Program-made: the position numbers and the translations under genes | Notes under the pieces: model-generated | Database searches by the model: none | Told to the model about the DNA's origin: nothing | The model's input: only the letters and a program-made list of their open reading frames with translations | In this document: positions 18,376-27,684 of the stretch, piece after piece | Numbering within the stretch: the stretch's first letter is position 1 | How the letters are laid out: each line of letters opens with the position of its first letter | Source: Anaerolineae bacterium | Lineage (GTDB): Bacteria > Chloroflexota > Anaerolineae > B4-G1 > SLSP01 | Reading direction: 5' to 3' | Assembly (NCBI GenBank): GCA_049975025.1 | Contig: JBNGDU010000113.1 | Location: forward strand, 1 to 40,956 | Length of the DNA: 40,956 nt

Positions 18376-19260
18376 TTACTTTAACTCGACCGACGTGAAC
18401 CGGACCCGGTCGCCCGGCAGGCATTGGGCCAGCAGCGGCAGGTCCGCGCGGATCACCGTCCCGATCTTGGGATATCCGCCGGTGGTTTGATGATCGACCA
18501 TCATAACGATGGGTTGACCATCGGGCGGAATCTGAACGCTTCCCGTGACGATCCCGTCGGAGACGATGCCACCCGCACCAAGGTGCTCGATCTGCGTGCC
18601 TCGCAGGCGGAGGCCCATGCGATCTGAATCCGGCGTGACCTCGTAAGCGGCCTCAAAGAAGCGAGCGATCTGATCCTGCGGGAAGTGGTCGTCCTGCGGG
18701 CCCAGGATGACCCGCACGTTGGGATCGGGGGAGTAGGCCGGTCTTCGGTCCCGGGGCCATGCCCGACCGGCAGCCTCCACCAGGTCCCGGACATCGTGAG
18801 GGCCCGTGGTGAGCCGGTCGCCGGCGCGCAGCGCGCGTCCCTCCAGACCCCCGAATTCCCCGTTGAGATAGGTGGACTGGGAGCCCAGGAAAGACGGCGT
18901 CCGCAGGCCGCCGGCTATCGCGAGGTAGGCGCGCAACCCGCTGACCCGTTGCCCAAAACGGATCAGACTGCCCGCTCGGGCGAAGACGCTGTGCCAGGTG
19001 GGCACGGGCAGCCCACCGACCCATAGCTCGAACTCCGCGCCACAGACCCCTATGAGGCCCTCTTCTAGCGTGCGAAGCAGCGGGCCTGTGAGCGTGATCT
19101 CAAGTCCGGCTGCGTTCGGTGGGTTACCAACGAGGTGGTTGGCGGCTGCGAAGGCAGCGGGATCCATCGGACCCGAGGGCGGAATGCCGTAGCGAGCCCA
19201 TCCGACGCGACCGCCATCCTGGACCGTCGTGAGAAGCCCCGCGTCGAGTATCTGCAGCAT
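18376..19260 (-). CDS. pxpC: 5-oxoprolinase subunit C (KipA / biotin-dependent carboxyltransferase-like family)
   Basis: 294 aa. DGGRVGWARYGIPPSGPMD and TTGGYPKIG motifs. Adjacent to pxpB and pxpA. Confidence 0.85.
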   Translation of the reverse strand: MLQILDAGLLTTVQDGGRVGWARYGIPPSGPMDPAAFAAANHLVGNPPNAAGLEITLTGPLLRTLEEGLIGVCGAEFELWVGGLPVPTWHSVFARAGSLIRFGQRVSGLRAYLAIAGGLRTPSFLGSQSTYLNGEFGGLEGRALRAGDRLTTGPHDVRDLVEAAGRAWPRDRRPAYSPDPNVRVILGPQDDHFPQDQIARFFEAAYEVTPDSDRMGLRLRGTQIEHLGAGGIVSDGIVTGSVQIPPDGQPIVMMVDHQTTGGYPKIGTVIRADLPLLAQCLPGDRVRFTSVELK

Positions 19261-19266
19261 CCGGAT

Positions 19267-19983
19267 TCACCCGACGAGATGATCCGCGTGTGCGGATGAG
19301 ACATCCCCCGCGTTGACGAAGCGAACGCGGTCACCGGCCTTTACCTCAAAGGGGTCGTCGCGTTCTGGATCGAAGAGCTTCAGCGGGGTGCGTCCGATGA
19401 TGCGCCAGCCACCCGGCGTGCCCAGGGCGTAGATGCCGGTCTGGTTTCCGGCGATGCCCACGCTCCCGGGCGGCACGCGCATCCGCGGCGTTTCCAACCG
19501 GGGCGTGGCAAGCTCATCGGGTAGCCCAAGCAGGTAGGTGAAACCGGGGGCGAAGCCCAGCATGGCCACCAGGTAGGTCGGCTTGGTGTGCCGCCGAATG
19601 ACCTCGGTGGGATCCAGGTCGCAGTGTTCGGCGACATCTTTGAGGTCGGGGCCCATCTCGCCGCCGTAGTGGACGGGTATCTCCACGAAACGGCCAGTCG
19701 CCTCGGCACCCGCTGCTAGCTCCTTCCCGCTAAGGGATAGGAGCGTGGTGCGCATCTCGGTCGGCGGCACAAGCTCTGGATTGTAGATGACGAGGAGTGA
19801 GCGGTAGGTAGGCACCGTCTCGACCAGGCCCTCGGGCGGGTGTGTCTGCAGGTGGGCATCCAGGGCGTGGACGCGCCGGTTGAGCTCGACGTCCACGCGA
19901 TCGCCGAACTCCACCGTGAAGGCCGCATCCCCCACCGGGAGGACGCGGGGAAAGGCGGTGAATGCGGTGGGTTCACGGACCAT
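19267..19983 (-). CDS. pxpB: 5-oxoprolinase subunit B (KipI family)
   Basis: An internal ATG at 19983 gives a 238-aa protein. PVGDAAFTVEFG, GFAPGFTYLLGLP, GIAGNQTGIY motifs. Overlaps the pxpA stop by 11 nt. Confidence 0.85.
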   Translation of the reverse strand: MVREPTAFTAFPRVLPVGDAAFTVEFGDRVDVELNRRVHALDAHLQTHPPEGLVETVPTYRSLLVIYNPELVPPTEMRTTLLSLSGKELAAGAEATGRFVEIPVHYGGEMGPDLKDVAEHCDLDPTEVIRRHTKPTYLVAMLGFAPGFTYLLGLPDELATPRLETPRMRVPPGSVGIAGNQTGIYALGTPGGWRIIGRTPLKLFDPERDDPFEVKAGDRVRFVNAGDVSSAHADHLVG

Positions 19984-20770
19984 TCGGGCACTTGTCCTCT
20001 GCTGGGGAGGTGGAGAAAGCTCTGACCTCGACGCCGACCGTCTCCAGAACGGCGCGTAACTGCCGGGCGATCTCGGGGGCGTTCGGTGTGTCGCCGTGCA
20101 CGCAGAGCGTGTCGATCTCCAGGGGGATGACGCTACCGTCCAGGGCCTCGACGCGTCCATCGACGACCATCTGCACGGCGCGTTCCGCAGCGCGCTCCGG
20201 GTCGTGGATCACAGCGCCGGGCACGCTGCGGGGGACCAACGTGCCGTCTGTCGCGTAGGCGCGGTCGGCAAAGCCCTCACGGGCGACGGAGAGCCCCTGA
20301 GCCTGGGCCGCATACAACAAGGTCGATCCGGGCTGCGTGACGACCGTCAAGGCCGGATCGAAGGCCACAACCGCCCGCGCGATGATCTCCGCGATCTCGA
20401 CATCGCTCGCGGCAAGCTTGTAGAGCGCGCCGTGCGGCTTCACGTGGCTCAGGTGCGTTCCGACAGCGCTGGTGAATCCCGCCAGCGCACCTAGTTGGTA
20501 GATGAGCGTGGCTTCCAGTTCTTCGGCGGACATCGCCAGCACGCGACGGCCAAACCCTTGGAGGTCAGGGTAGCCGGGGTGCGCCCCGATCGTGACGCCC
20601 CTGTCTGCCGCCAGCCTTACGGTGCGGTGGATGACCAGCGGGTCGCCGGCGTGCGCCCCGCAGGCGACATTGGCCGACGTGACGACGTCCAACATGGCAG
20701 CGTCATTGCCGAGCGTATACCGCCCGAAGCTCTCGCCCATATCGCAGTTGAGATCGATAAACCTCGTCAT
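19973..20770 (-). CDS. pxpA: 5-oxoprolinase subunit A (LamB/YcsF family)
   Basis: 265 aa. IDLNCDMGESFG N-terminus and GAHPGYPD. Confidence 0.9.
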   Translation of the reverse strand: MTRFIDLNCDMGESFGRYTLGNDAAMLDVVTSANVACGAHAGDPLVIHRTVRLAADRGVTIGAHPGYPDLQGFGRRVLAMSAEELEATLIYQLGALAGFTSAVGTHLSHVKPHGALYKLAASDVEIAEIIARAVVAFDPALTVVTQPGSTLLYAAQAQGLSVAREGFADRAYATDGTLVPRSVPGAVIHDPERAAERAVQMVVDGRVEALDGSVIPLEIDTLCVHGDTPNAPEIARQLRAVLETVGVEVRAFSTSPAEDKCPNGP

Positions 20771-20838
20771 AGGTTCTCCCCCGAAAGACGACGGAAGGGA
20801 TCCGGCGATCCGGGCCCCTTCCGTCTATGAGATGACGC

Positions 20839-21672
20839 TCAGGCCAGTTTCAGATGCTTGAAGTCCTCGACCTGTTGGCGAATAGCGCGTTCGGTGGGCA
20901 GCCGCTCGATGCTGGAAGCTCCGAAGAACCCGACCACGCCCGGCATCTTGATCAGCGCCTTGCCGACGTTGGGGGGTTCGTCGAAGACCCCGCCGTGGCA
21001 GATCACCATCACGTCATCGCGGACGCTCTTCCCGGCTTCGTAGACCTCCATGACTTTGTCGACGGCCTCGTCCATGGTCATAGCGACGCCGGCGCCGATG
21101 GAGCCCGAGGTCGTGAGCCCGATGTGGGCGACGAGGACGTCCGCTCCCGCGTTCGTCATTGCCTTGGCGTCATCGGCGTTGAAGACGTAGGGGCAGGTGA
21201 GCATATCCAACTCGTGGGCGATCCGGATGGACTCGATCTCCTTGTCATAGCCCATACCCGTCATCTCCAAGTTGGCCCGGAAATCGCCGTCGATCAGCCC
21301 GACGGTGGGGAAGTTCTGAACCCCGGTGAAGCCCATCTCCTTGAGCTGAGCGATGAAGATGGGCATCAAGCGGAAGGGATCGGTGCCGCACACGCCGGCC
21401 AGCACGGGCGTGTCCTGCACGACGGGCAGGACCTCCGAGGCCATCTCCACGACGATGCCGTTGGCGTCGCCGTAGGGCATCAACCCGGCCAGCGAACCCC
21501 GGCCTGCCATGCGGTACCGACCCGAGTTGTAGATGATGATCAGATCCGCGCCGCCGCGCTCCGCGAACTTGGCTGAGATGCCCGTGCCCGCGCCGCATCC
21601 GATGATCGGTACCTTTTCCTCGACGTTCTTCCGCAGTCGTGAGAGTGCTTCTGTTCGTGTTATGAAAGCCAT
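20839..21672 (-). CDS. phosphoenolpyruvate hydrolase-like TIM-barrel protein (Tm-1 C-terminal-domain family)
   Basis: 277 aa. IIGCGAGTGISAKFAERGGADLIIIYNSGRYRMAGRGSLAGL. Immediately downstream of a UPF0261 gene, the usual pairing. Confidence 0.7.
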   Translation of the reverse strand: MAFITRTEALSRLRKNVEEKVPIIGCGAGTGISAKFAERGGADLIIIYNSGRYRMAGRGSLAGLMPYGDANGIVVEMASEVLPVVQDTPVLAGVCGTDPFRLMPIFIAQLKEMGFTGVQNFPTVGLIDGDFRANLEMTGMGYDKEIESIRIAHELDMLTCPYVFNADDAKAMTNAGADVLVAHIGLTTSGSIGAGVAMTMDEAVDKVMEVYEAGKSVRDDVMVICHGGVFDEPPNVGKALIKMPGVVGFFGASSIERLPTERAIRQQVEDFKHLKLA

Positions 21673-21700
21673 AGGTTACCTCCTAACTATGTCGCTGTGA

Positions 21701-22918
21701 CTACTCAGCTTCCTCAAGCATATCCAGCAGCAGCTTGGCACAGGTGTCGGCGAATTCGACGTTGTTGATGTTGTTGTCCATCTCGATGACGGGGATGCCG
21801 GGCTTGATATTGGCCTTGATCGCGTCGAAGCAAGCCCGATCCGCCTCCGGATTCCAGAACCTATTGCCCTCGCTGTCCAACATCGAGACGCCCTTCAGCG
21901 GCAGGACGATGGCGACAGGCGCCGTTGACGCATTGGCCGCGTCGGCGATCATCTCGCCGATCTTCCGGTTCTCCTCGACATCGGTGCGCAACAGGGTGAC
22001 GTTAGGGTTCCACTGGTAGAGGTTGCGGTCTTGGTACTTCTCGGGCACCGTCTCGATGCCCCAGAAGTTCGCCATATCGACGCAGCCGGGGACGATGACC
22101 GCGGGAACGCCGGCCTCTGACGCAGCCTTGAGCCGGTCGGGTCCGGCGCTGAAGACGCCGCCGCAGACGTGGTCCGCGAGCTCCGTGGTGGTGATGTCCA
22201 GCGAGCCCTGGATGTAGCCGTCGGCGATCAGGCTCTCCATCGTTCGACCGCCGGTGCCCGTCGCGTGGAAGACCAACACCTCGTACCCCTGCTCCTCCAT
22301 GACATCGCGCGCCCGGTCGACGCACTCCGTGGTGTTGCCGAACATCGATGCCGTGATGAGGGGCTTGGTCTCGGCCGACTCGGGAACCTCCGCCTGGACC
22401 ATGCCCGCGATCGCGCCCGCCGCGTTGGCGAAGATGCGCCGGCTGATGTTGTTGAGACCGGCGACGTCCACGATCGAGGGCATGAAGGTGATGTCTCGGG
22501 TGCCGGTATAGGCGCTGACATCGCCGCCCCCCACGGTCGAGACCATCATCTTAGGGACACCTACCGGCAGGACGCGCATCGCGGCGGTGGCGACGGAGGT
22601 GCCGCCGCTGCCGCCCATACTGATGATGCCGTCTAGCTTGCCCTGCTCATAGAGATCCTCCACGACCTTGGCCAACCCCTTCGCCATCGTGGCCATGGCC
22701 TCGTCCTTGTGCTCGCCCGTCGCCAAGTATGCCAGGTCGCCGCCTCCTGAGGTCGCGACCTCATCCCTGGTGACATCGGGCTCGAAGCCGGGCTCGCCCA
22801 TGACGCCGAAATCCACAACCAGCGTTTCCACGTCGGCCTGCTCGATGATGCGCTTGAGAAACGCGAACTCCTCGCCCTTGGTGTCCAGGGCTCCGACAAT
22901 CACAACTGTCTTAGTCAT
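21701..22918 (-). CDS. UPF0261 family protein (Tm-1-like N-terminal ATP-binding domain)
   Basis: 405 aa. N-terminus VVIVGALDTKGEEFAFLK, GGSGGT, FHATGTGG. Confidence 0.7.
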   Translation of the reverse strand: MTKTVVIVGALDTKGEEFAFLKRIIEQADVETLVVDFGVMGEPGFEPDVTRDEVATSGGGDLAYLATGEHKDEAMATMAKGLAKVVEDLYEQGKLDGIISMGGSGGTSVATAAMRVLPVGVPKMMVSTVGGGDVSAYTGTRDITFMPSIVDVAGLNNISRRIFANAAGAIAGMVQAEVPESAETKPLITASMFGNTTECVDRARDVMEEQGYEVLVFHATGTGGRTMESLIADGYIQGSLDITTTELADHVCGGVFSAGPDRLKAASEAGVPAVIVPGCVDMANFWGIETVPEKYQDRNLYQWNPNVTLLRTDVEENRKIGEMIADAANASTAPVAIVLPLKGVSMLDSEGNRFWNPEADRACFDAIKANIKPGIPVIEMDNNINNVEFADTCAKLLLDMLEEAE

Positions 22919-22971
22919 AGAGTTGCCTCCTTTTCGTATGACACTACCTCAATCCTGCACCACGGGATACG

Positions 22972-23370
22972 CTACGGCAGTTCCCCCGGCGGCAAGACCT
23001 TGCACTCCGGCAGCTCGCGCAGGGTCTCCTCCGGTCCGGGCGGCGCGTAGATCGCCACGAGCTTGAGCATCTCCCATCCGGTGTTCACGGTGCTATGGTC
23101 CACGCCCTCAGGGATAAAGACCATCGTGCCGGGCTTGAGGTCCTGTGTCTCGTCCAGGACCGTTTGCTTACCGTATCCTGAGACGACGTAGAGAATCTCC
23201 TCGCAGCTTGGATGAGCGTGGGTGGTGTGTCCTTTGCCCGGGGCGAGGAGCACGATCCCGGCGCTGAACTTCTCAGCGCCGGTCACACCGGGCGCGCTCA
23301 GCCACTTGAGATTGCCCCAGTCGAAGACTTGCGTCTCGACCTCCTCCGGGTTGACGAAATACTTGGTCAT
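22972..23370 (-). CDS. cupin domain protein
   Basis: 132 aa. Cupin motif 1 GKGHTTHAHPSCEEILYVVSG and motif 2 GTMVFIPEGVDHSTVN. Confidence 0.75.
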   Translation of the reverse strand: MTKYFVNPEEVETQVFDWGNLKWLSAPGVTGAEKFSAGIVLLAPGKGHTTHAHPSCEEILYVVSGYGKQTVLDETQDLKPGTMVFIPEGVDHSTVNTGWEMLKLVAIYAPPGPEETLRELPECKVLPPGELP

Positions 23371-23510
23371 CGTAGCTCCTTTCTACGGTACTGGAGAGCA
23401 TCAAGGTTCTGGTCCACTTCGTGTGGACCGATGGCTTTGGATGCGTGCGGCGAGATCGTGTGCGCCGGCCCTTCGATATGGGCGCACGGCATCTCCGCAG
23501 AGATCGCGCG

Positions 23511-25271
23511 CTAGCGACAGATCAACACCGGGCGGCGGCTGGTGCGCAGCACCTCGTTGACCGTGCTGCCCAACATCACCTCGAGGATTGGGCCGTAGCC
23601 ATAGCCTCCCATGATGATAAGGCGGCTGTCGTAGGCGTCGGCCGTCGCCCGGATGGTCTCCGCCGGGTGGTCTCCATCCAGGTTTAGGTAAGTGGCCTTC
23701 AGACCGTACTCGGAAAGATAGGCTTCTGCATCGCCCAAGATTCGCGCTGCTGCCGCGTCGTCCGAATGGACCGTCAAGACGACCAGGGAGAGATCGGGAT
23801 GACCGACGGCGAGGTAGGTTGCGACAAACAGGGCTTCTTTGCCCTTGGGACTGCCGTCATAGGCAACCAGTGCGCTGGACAGAGGGAAGATCGGCTTTGG
23901 CACAGCCAGGACGGGGCAGGGAGAGCGGACGAGCAGCGTCCGAAAGCCCGATCTCAGCTTGGCGATCGGGTCTTGGCCGGGAGGATAGCTAAGGGGAGCG
24001 ACGACCAGGTCTGCCCACCGGGCGCGCAGGCTCACCTCGTGGGCGATCGTTCCGGTGCCTATGGCAAGTTCGCCGGGAATGCCCGCTTGCTCACAGTAGC
24101 GATCAAAGGTCTCCTTAATCTCCAGGGTCGCGCTGGTCTCCTGGTGAGCCTCCGACGGCACGATGTGAAGTCCTAGGATGCGCCCGTGTTCCAAACAAGC
24201 GATCTCAACAGCCTCCCGTAGCGCTTGCCATCCGGACTCTCTGCCGTCCAAGGTCACGAGAACGTTGTGGAAGAGGTGTCCCGGGTCACGCCCACGGCGG
24301 ACCAACAGCCGCTCACGCCACTCACCAGGCGGCGCGGTAGCGACGCCCAGGCTCTCCGGCGTGAGGATGCTGACGAGGCGTTCACCGACACGGGCGAGCA
24401 CCCGATCAGGTCTCGAGCCGAACTCCACCGCCAGGTCCTCTGCTGCTGCGACGGGCTCGATCTCCCATCCCAACGCATGCTGCAGGTCTCCTCGGTGCTC
24501 GGCCGTCCAAAGATACAGGTCCGTCTCGGTGCGATCGGGGAAGTCGCACAACACGTCCAACCGGTTGATGGCATCGACGGTGGGTTGATAGACCGTCTCG
24601 TACCAGTGTATGACGGCTTCTTTCTGGGAGACCGGTCGATCATCGTCGATGCCCATATAGTAGCGGTGGACGCTGATGTGTTCTTTGAGGTCCTCGTATT
24701 TACCCGGCGCGGTCAGGATGAGCTCCACGCCCGGGAGGACGCTGCGCAGGTCGGACCACCTCAGGAAGTCGGCGTACTCCGCCTTGAGGATGAGGTCATC
24801 CGGGCGCATGTCCGATTCCATGGGGACCTGGGTCTGCACTTCGGTGACGTAAGCCTGAATGTGGCTGGCACCGATCTCCCGGGCCACGGAGACACGATGA
24901 TTGCCGTCTTTCACGAAGTAGACGTCCCCGATTTGGTAGACTTCAATGGGCGGCAGTCCCTCCAACCGCTGGGATGCTACCTTGACCCGAGCCCAGCGGT
25001 GCATGCTGTCGTCTTGCCGGGGGAGGAAGGTGCGGGTGAAATCCGTGTACCGTCCTACGCTGCCGACAATAGCGTCGAGTGGGATGTCACGCATCCCTCT
25101 GTCCCGCTGGGAACTTGCCCGCAGCTTCTGGCGCACCTCCTCGTAGGAGAGGAGGTCAATGGACTCGCCCGTCAGACGGGCTATCAGCTCTTGCAATGCT
25201 GCCTTCCGCCGGGCGCGGTGGAAATCCAGCACAGCCTCAGGCATACTGGTTAAGCTCTGTTCTTCCGTCAT
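23511..25271 (-). CDS. ParB/Srx-like N-terminal domain protein fused to two universal stress protein (USP) domains
   Basis: 586 aa. IEVYQIGDVYFVKDGNHRVSVAREIG (ParB-like DGxHR box), a helical middle region, then two USP-like modules (VLVTLDG...PVLAVP; ALVAYDGS...IIMGGYGYG...GSTVNEVLRTSRRPVLI). Confidence 0.65.
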   Translation of the reverse strand: MTEEQSLTSMPEAVLDFHRARRKAALQELIARLTGESIDLLSYEEVRQKLRASSQRDRGMRDIPLDAIVGSVGRYTDFTRTFLPRQDDSMHRWARVKVASQRLEGLPPIEVYQIGDVYFVKDGNHRVSVAREIGASHIQAYVTEVQTQVPMESDMRPDDLILKAEYADFLRWSDLRSVLPGVELILTAPGKYEDLKEHISVHRYYMGIDDDRPVSQKEAVIHWYETVYQPTVDAINRLDVLCDFPDRTETDLYLWTAEHRGDLQHALGWEIEPVAAAEDLAVEFGSRPDRVLARVGERLVSILTPESLGVATAPPGEWRERLLVRRGRDPGHLFHNVLVTLDGRESGWQALREAVEIACLEHGRILGLHIVPSEAHQETSATLEIKETFDRYCEQAGIPGELAIGTGTIAHEVSLRARWADLVVAPLSYPPGQDPIAKLRSGFRTLLVRSPCPVLAVPKPIFPLSSALVAYDGSPKGKEALFVATYLAVGHPDLSLVVLTVHSDDAAAARILGDAEAYLSEYGLKATYLNLDGDHPAETIRATADAYDSRLIIMGGYGYGPILEVMLGSTVNEVLRTSRRPVLICR

Positions 25272-25493
25272 GTTTGGTGCTCCTTTGTAAGTGTCTAGAG
25301 GCGAGGCGTTACCTCAATAAGGCTTTAAGAGATATCTAGGTTGAAAACAACCACACTCGACATCCTCTTGGACACCCGACCGGCAACTCCCGGTCAATTC
25401 AAAGTATATGTCGCTTGGTCTGAGTGTCAATAGATCATCGGGTTGAGCTGCCGCTGCGGTTGACTTGACGGCGAGCTCTGCGACAATGGACAT

Positions 25494-27008
25494 ATGATCT
25501 TTCGCTGCGCAAACCAAAGTGAGTCGGGCTGTGCTTCTCGACCTTGGGGATGGGCCATCTGCCGCGTGGCGGTTCTCGTCCTGCTCTCGTGGATCCTAGC
25601 GACGCCCGGCGCCTCCCCATCAACGGCAAGGGGCCAGGGTGCCGCCTTTGAGGCTCTAGCCAACGCCATGGGGCGGGCTGACGCGTGGCATGCAATGTAT
25701 CCGGAGTTCGCCGCTGCCGGCGCGTACCCCGGCGCCACGCCCCGGTCGCCATCTCCCTTGATGCTATCGGTGCCCACGAGCACGATCACGCCCACTAGCG
25801 CGATCTATCTCCCGCTCATCGCCGGTTCTGTCAGCGAGACGCCGACCACCACGTTAGAGCGACGCGCTATCTGGATCACGCGCTATGACTGGACGCAGTT
25901 GGACGTCGCTCCCTTGCCCGTCGCCATCGACGAGATGGTCAACCGAGTCGCAGGCGCGGGGTTCAACACCATCTACTTCCAGGTTCGAGGCGCGGGCGAA
26001 GCCTACTACACGCCGGGGCTGGAGCCGTGGGCGGCGCGCTTGACCTCCGGCCCGGTCTCCGAGACCTTGGGCGTTGATCCCGGCTGGGACCCGCTGGCTC
26101 GGATGGTCGAGTTAGGGCACAACGCCGGCCTGGAGGTCCACGCTTACGTCAACGTTTACACCGCCTGGCTTGTGCCGCCGGACCCGTCGCGCGGTGACCT
26201 TTGGCCGCCTGCCACGACCCCGCCGCAGATGTTCGACCGCTTTACCTACGGTCCGCTTTATGAGGCCCATCCGGGGGAGTATGCCCTCGGGTATGACTGG
26301 CGCCAGCACGACGTCGACGGCGTGCCGATGCCCCTGCGTTCGAAGAGCTGTCTCTGGGCGAGCCCCGGCCTCGACCTGGTAAACGACTACCTGGTCGACG
26401 TCGTCTCGGATATCGTCACCCGCTACGACGTCGACGGTGTTCACCTGGACCTGGTGCGCTACGCCGGTGCTGAGTACTCCTATGACCCGTTCAGCAACGC
26501 GGCGGCGGGGGATGTGCCGACTCCGGAGCGAGCGCAGTGGCAGCGCGATCGGGTGACGGACCTGGTGCGCCGGTTGAAGACGGCGACGCAGGCGATCCGC
26601 CCGGAGGCCGAGGTCTCGGCTGCCGTATGGCCCTATTACATCGATCTCTGGGGCAAGGGGTTCAAAGAGGGGTATCACGACTACTACCAGGATTCCAAGG
26701 GCTGGCTCGCGTCCGACGCCGTCGATGCCATCGCGCCGATGCTCTACGGCGGCTACTCCGACGACGCAGGGTGGTGGCAGGTGCTGATGCTGGACTTCGT
26801 GGAAAGCCACGGGGGCGACCGCGGTAAGGTCTATCCGGGCATCGGCGCGCACTACAATGACTTTACGGAGCTCCTCTGGCGGATCGAGGCCGCGAGAGGT
26901 GCCGGCGCGCCAGGACACGCGATCTTCTCCTACGCCGCTCTCAATGTCCACGACTACTGGGACGACTTGGCGTCGGGCCCCTATCGCCTGCCGGCTGATC
27001 CGCCGTAG
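25494..27008 (+). CDS. glycoside hydrolase-like family 10 (GHL10/DUF187) protein, probably secreted
   Basis: 504 aa. Hydrophobic N-terminus. RAIWITRYDW, FNTIYFQVRGAGEAYY, VDGVHLDLVRY. Confidence 0.65.
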   Translation: MIFRCANQSESGCASRPWGWAICRVAVLVLLSWILATPGASPSTARGQGAAFEALANAMGRADAWHAMYPEFAAAGAYPGATPRSPSPLMLSVPTSTITPTSAIYLPLIAGSVSETPTTTLERRAIWITRYDWTQLDVAPLPVAIDEMVNRVAGAGFNTIYFQVRGAGEAYYTPGLEPWAARLTSGPVSETLGVDPGWDPLARMVELGHNAGLEVHAYVNVYTAWLVPPDPSRGDLWPPATTPPQMFDRFTYGPLYEAHPGEYALGYDWRQHDVDGVPMPLRSKSCLWASPGLDLVNDYLVDVVSDIVTRYDVDGVHLDLVRYAGAEYSYDPFSNAAAGDVPTPERAQWQRDRVTDLVRRLKTATQAIRPEAEVSAAVWPYYIDLWGKGFKEGYHDYYQDSKGWLASDAVDAIAPMLYGGYSDDAGWWQVLMLDFVESHGGDRGKVYPGIGAHYNDFTELLWRIEAARGAGAPGHAIFSYAALNVHDYWDDLASGPYRLPADPP

Positions 27009-27041
27009 TCCGGATCTCCCATCTTTCTACCAGCCTGCGCT

Positions 27042-27548
27042 TCATCCCGCCGCTTGCTGCTTGGCTTTCTTCGGCGTCCAAAGGCTGACTAGCTCACCGT
27101 CAATGTACTCCTGGACATCCGACCAGGACGCGACGGGAAGCCGGACTTGGGCCAGGGCCGCCGTCGGCAGCCACTCCGAGGTGCCGGTCAACACCTCCAG
27201 CAAGACCTCCAATCCGGGATTGTGGCCGATCACCATCACACGTCCGTAGGCATCGTCCAATCCCTGCAACACCCGGATATGGCCCATGGGACCCGCCTGG
27301 TAGAGAGCGTGCTCCAGACGAATCTCGCCTTGATAGTCGCACGCTCTAGCCACCAGTTTGGCCGTGGTTCGTGCTCGTTTGGCCGTGGAGCTGAGGATCA
27401 GTTGGGGCACGAGGTCGAGCTCCACGAGAAGGCGACCCATTCTGGGCGCATCGCGCTTGCCGCGCTTCTTGAGGGGACGGTCGTGGTCGGGGATGTCCGT
27501 GTGTTTCCAGCTCGACTTCGCGTGACGCAAGATAAGCAGTGTCTTCAT
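27042..27548 (-). CDS. histidine phosphatase family protein, SixA-like
   Basis: The internal ATG at 27548 is preceded by aggagg and gives 168 aa. LLILRHAKS (RHG-type motif) and VIGHNPG. The ORF-track extension to 27671 is Arg/Pro-rich and judged spurious. Confidence 0.7.
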   Translation of the reverse strand: MKTLLILRHAKSSWKHTDIPDHDRPLKKRGKRDAPRMGRLLVELDLVPQLILSSTAKRARTTAKLVARACDYQGEIRLEHALYQAGPMGHIRVLQGLDDAYGRVMVIGHNPGLEVLLEVLTGTSEWLPTAALAQVRLPVASWSDVQEYIDGELVSLWTPKKAKQQAAG

Positions 27549-27670
27549 AACGCCTCCTGATGAGAGGGGGCTCCTCCTAACGGAGGACGGATGGCGCTCC
27601 GGTCCGGACGTCGACGGACGCTCACGTTGACGTTCCGGTCTGGGCGCGGCTTGATTTAAGTCTACATGCA

Positions 27671-27684
27671 TATATTATAATATA
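27671..27684. promoter_or_regulatory. perfect 14-bp AT palindrome containing TATAAT on both strands (candidate back-to-back -10 boxes or operator)
   Basis: tatattataatata is its own reverse complement. It lies in the divergent gap between the SixA-like gene and the aldo-keto reductase gene. Confidence 0.4.

Noticed and set aside
19984-20160. 59-aa N-terminal extension of pxpB given by the ORF track (start at 20160)
   Set aside because: The extension overlaps the 3-prime end of pxpA in another frame and is Arg/Pro/Ser-rich. KipI-family homology begins at MVREPTAF (ATG 19983), giving the usual small pxpA/pxpB overlap.
20854-21576. 240-aa plus-strand ORF opposite the PEP-hydrolase-like gene
   Set aside because: Antisense shadow ORF with Gly/Asp/His-rich composition. 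The minus-strand product has clear family motifs.
24225-25253. 342-aa plus-strand ORF opposite the ParB-like/USP gene (also 26112-26951, 35927-36601, 38330-39556 opposite other genes)
   Set aside because: All are long antisense ORFs inside strongly supported genes, with no motifs and biased composition. This is expected from stop-codon depletion at this GC content.
27549-27671. 41-aa N-terminal extension of the SixA-like ORF
   Set aside because: The extension is an Arg/Pro/Ser-rich low-complexity peptide. The ATG at 27548 has an AGGAGG SD and starts the conserved MKTLLILRHA core.
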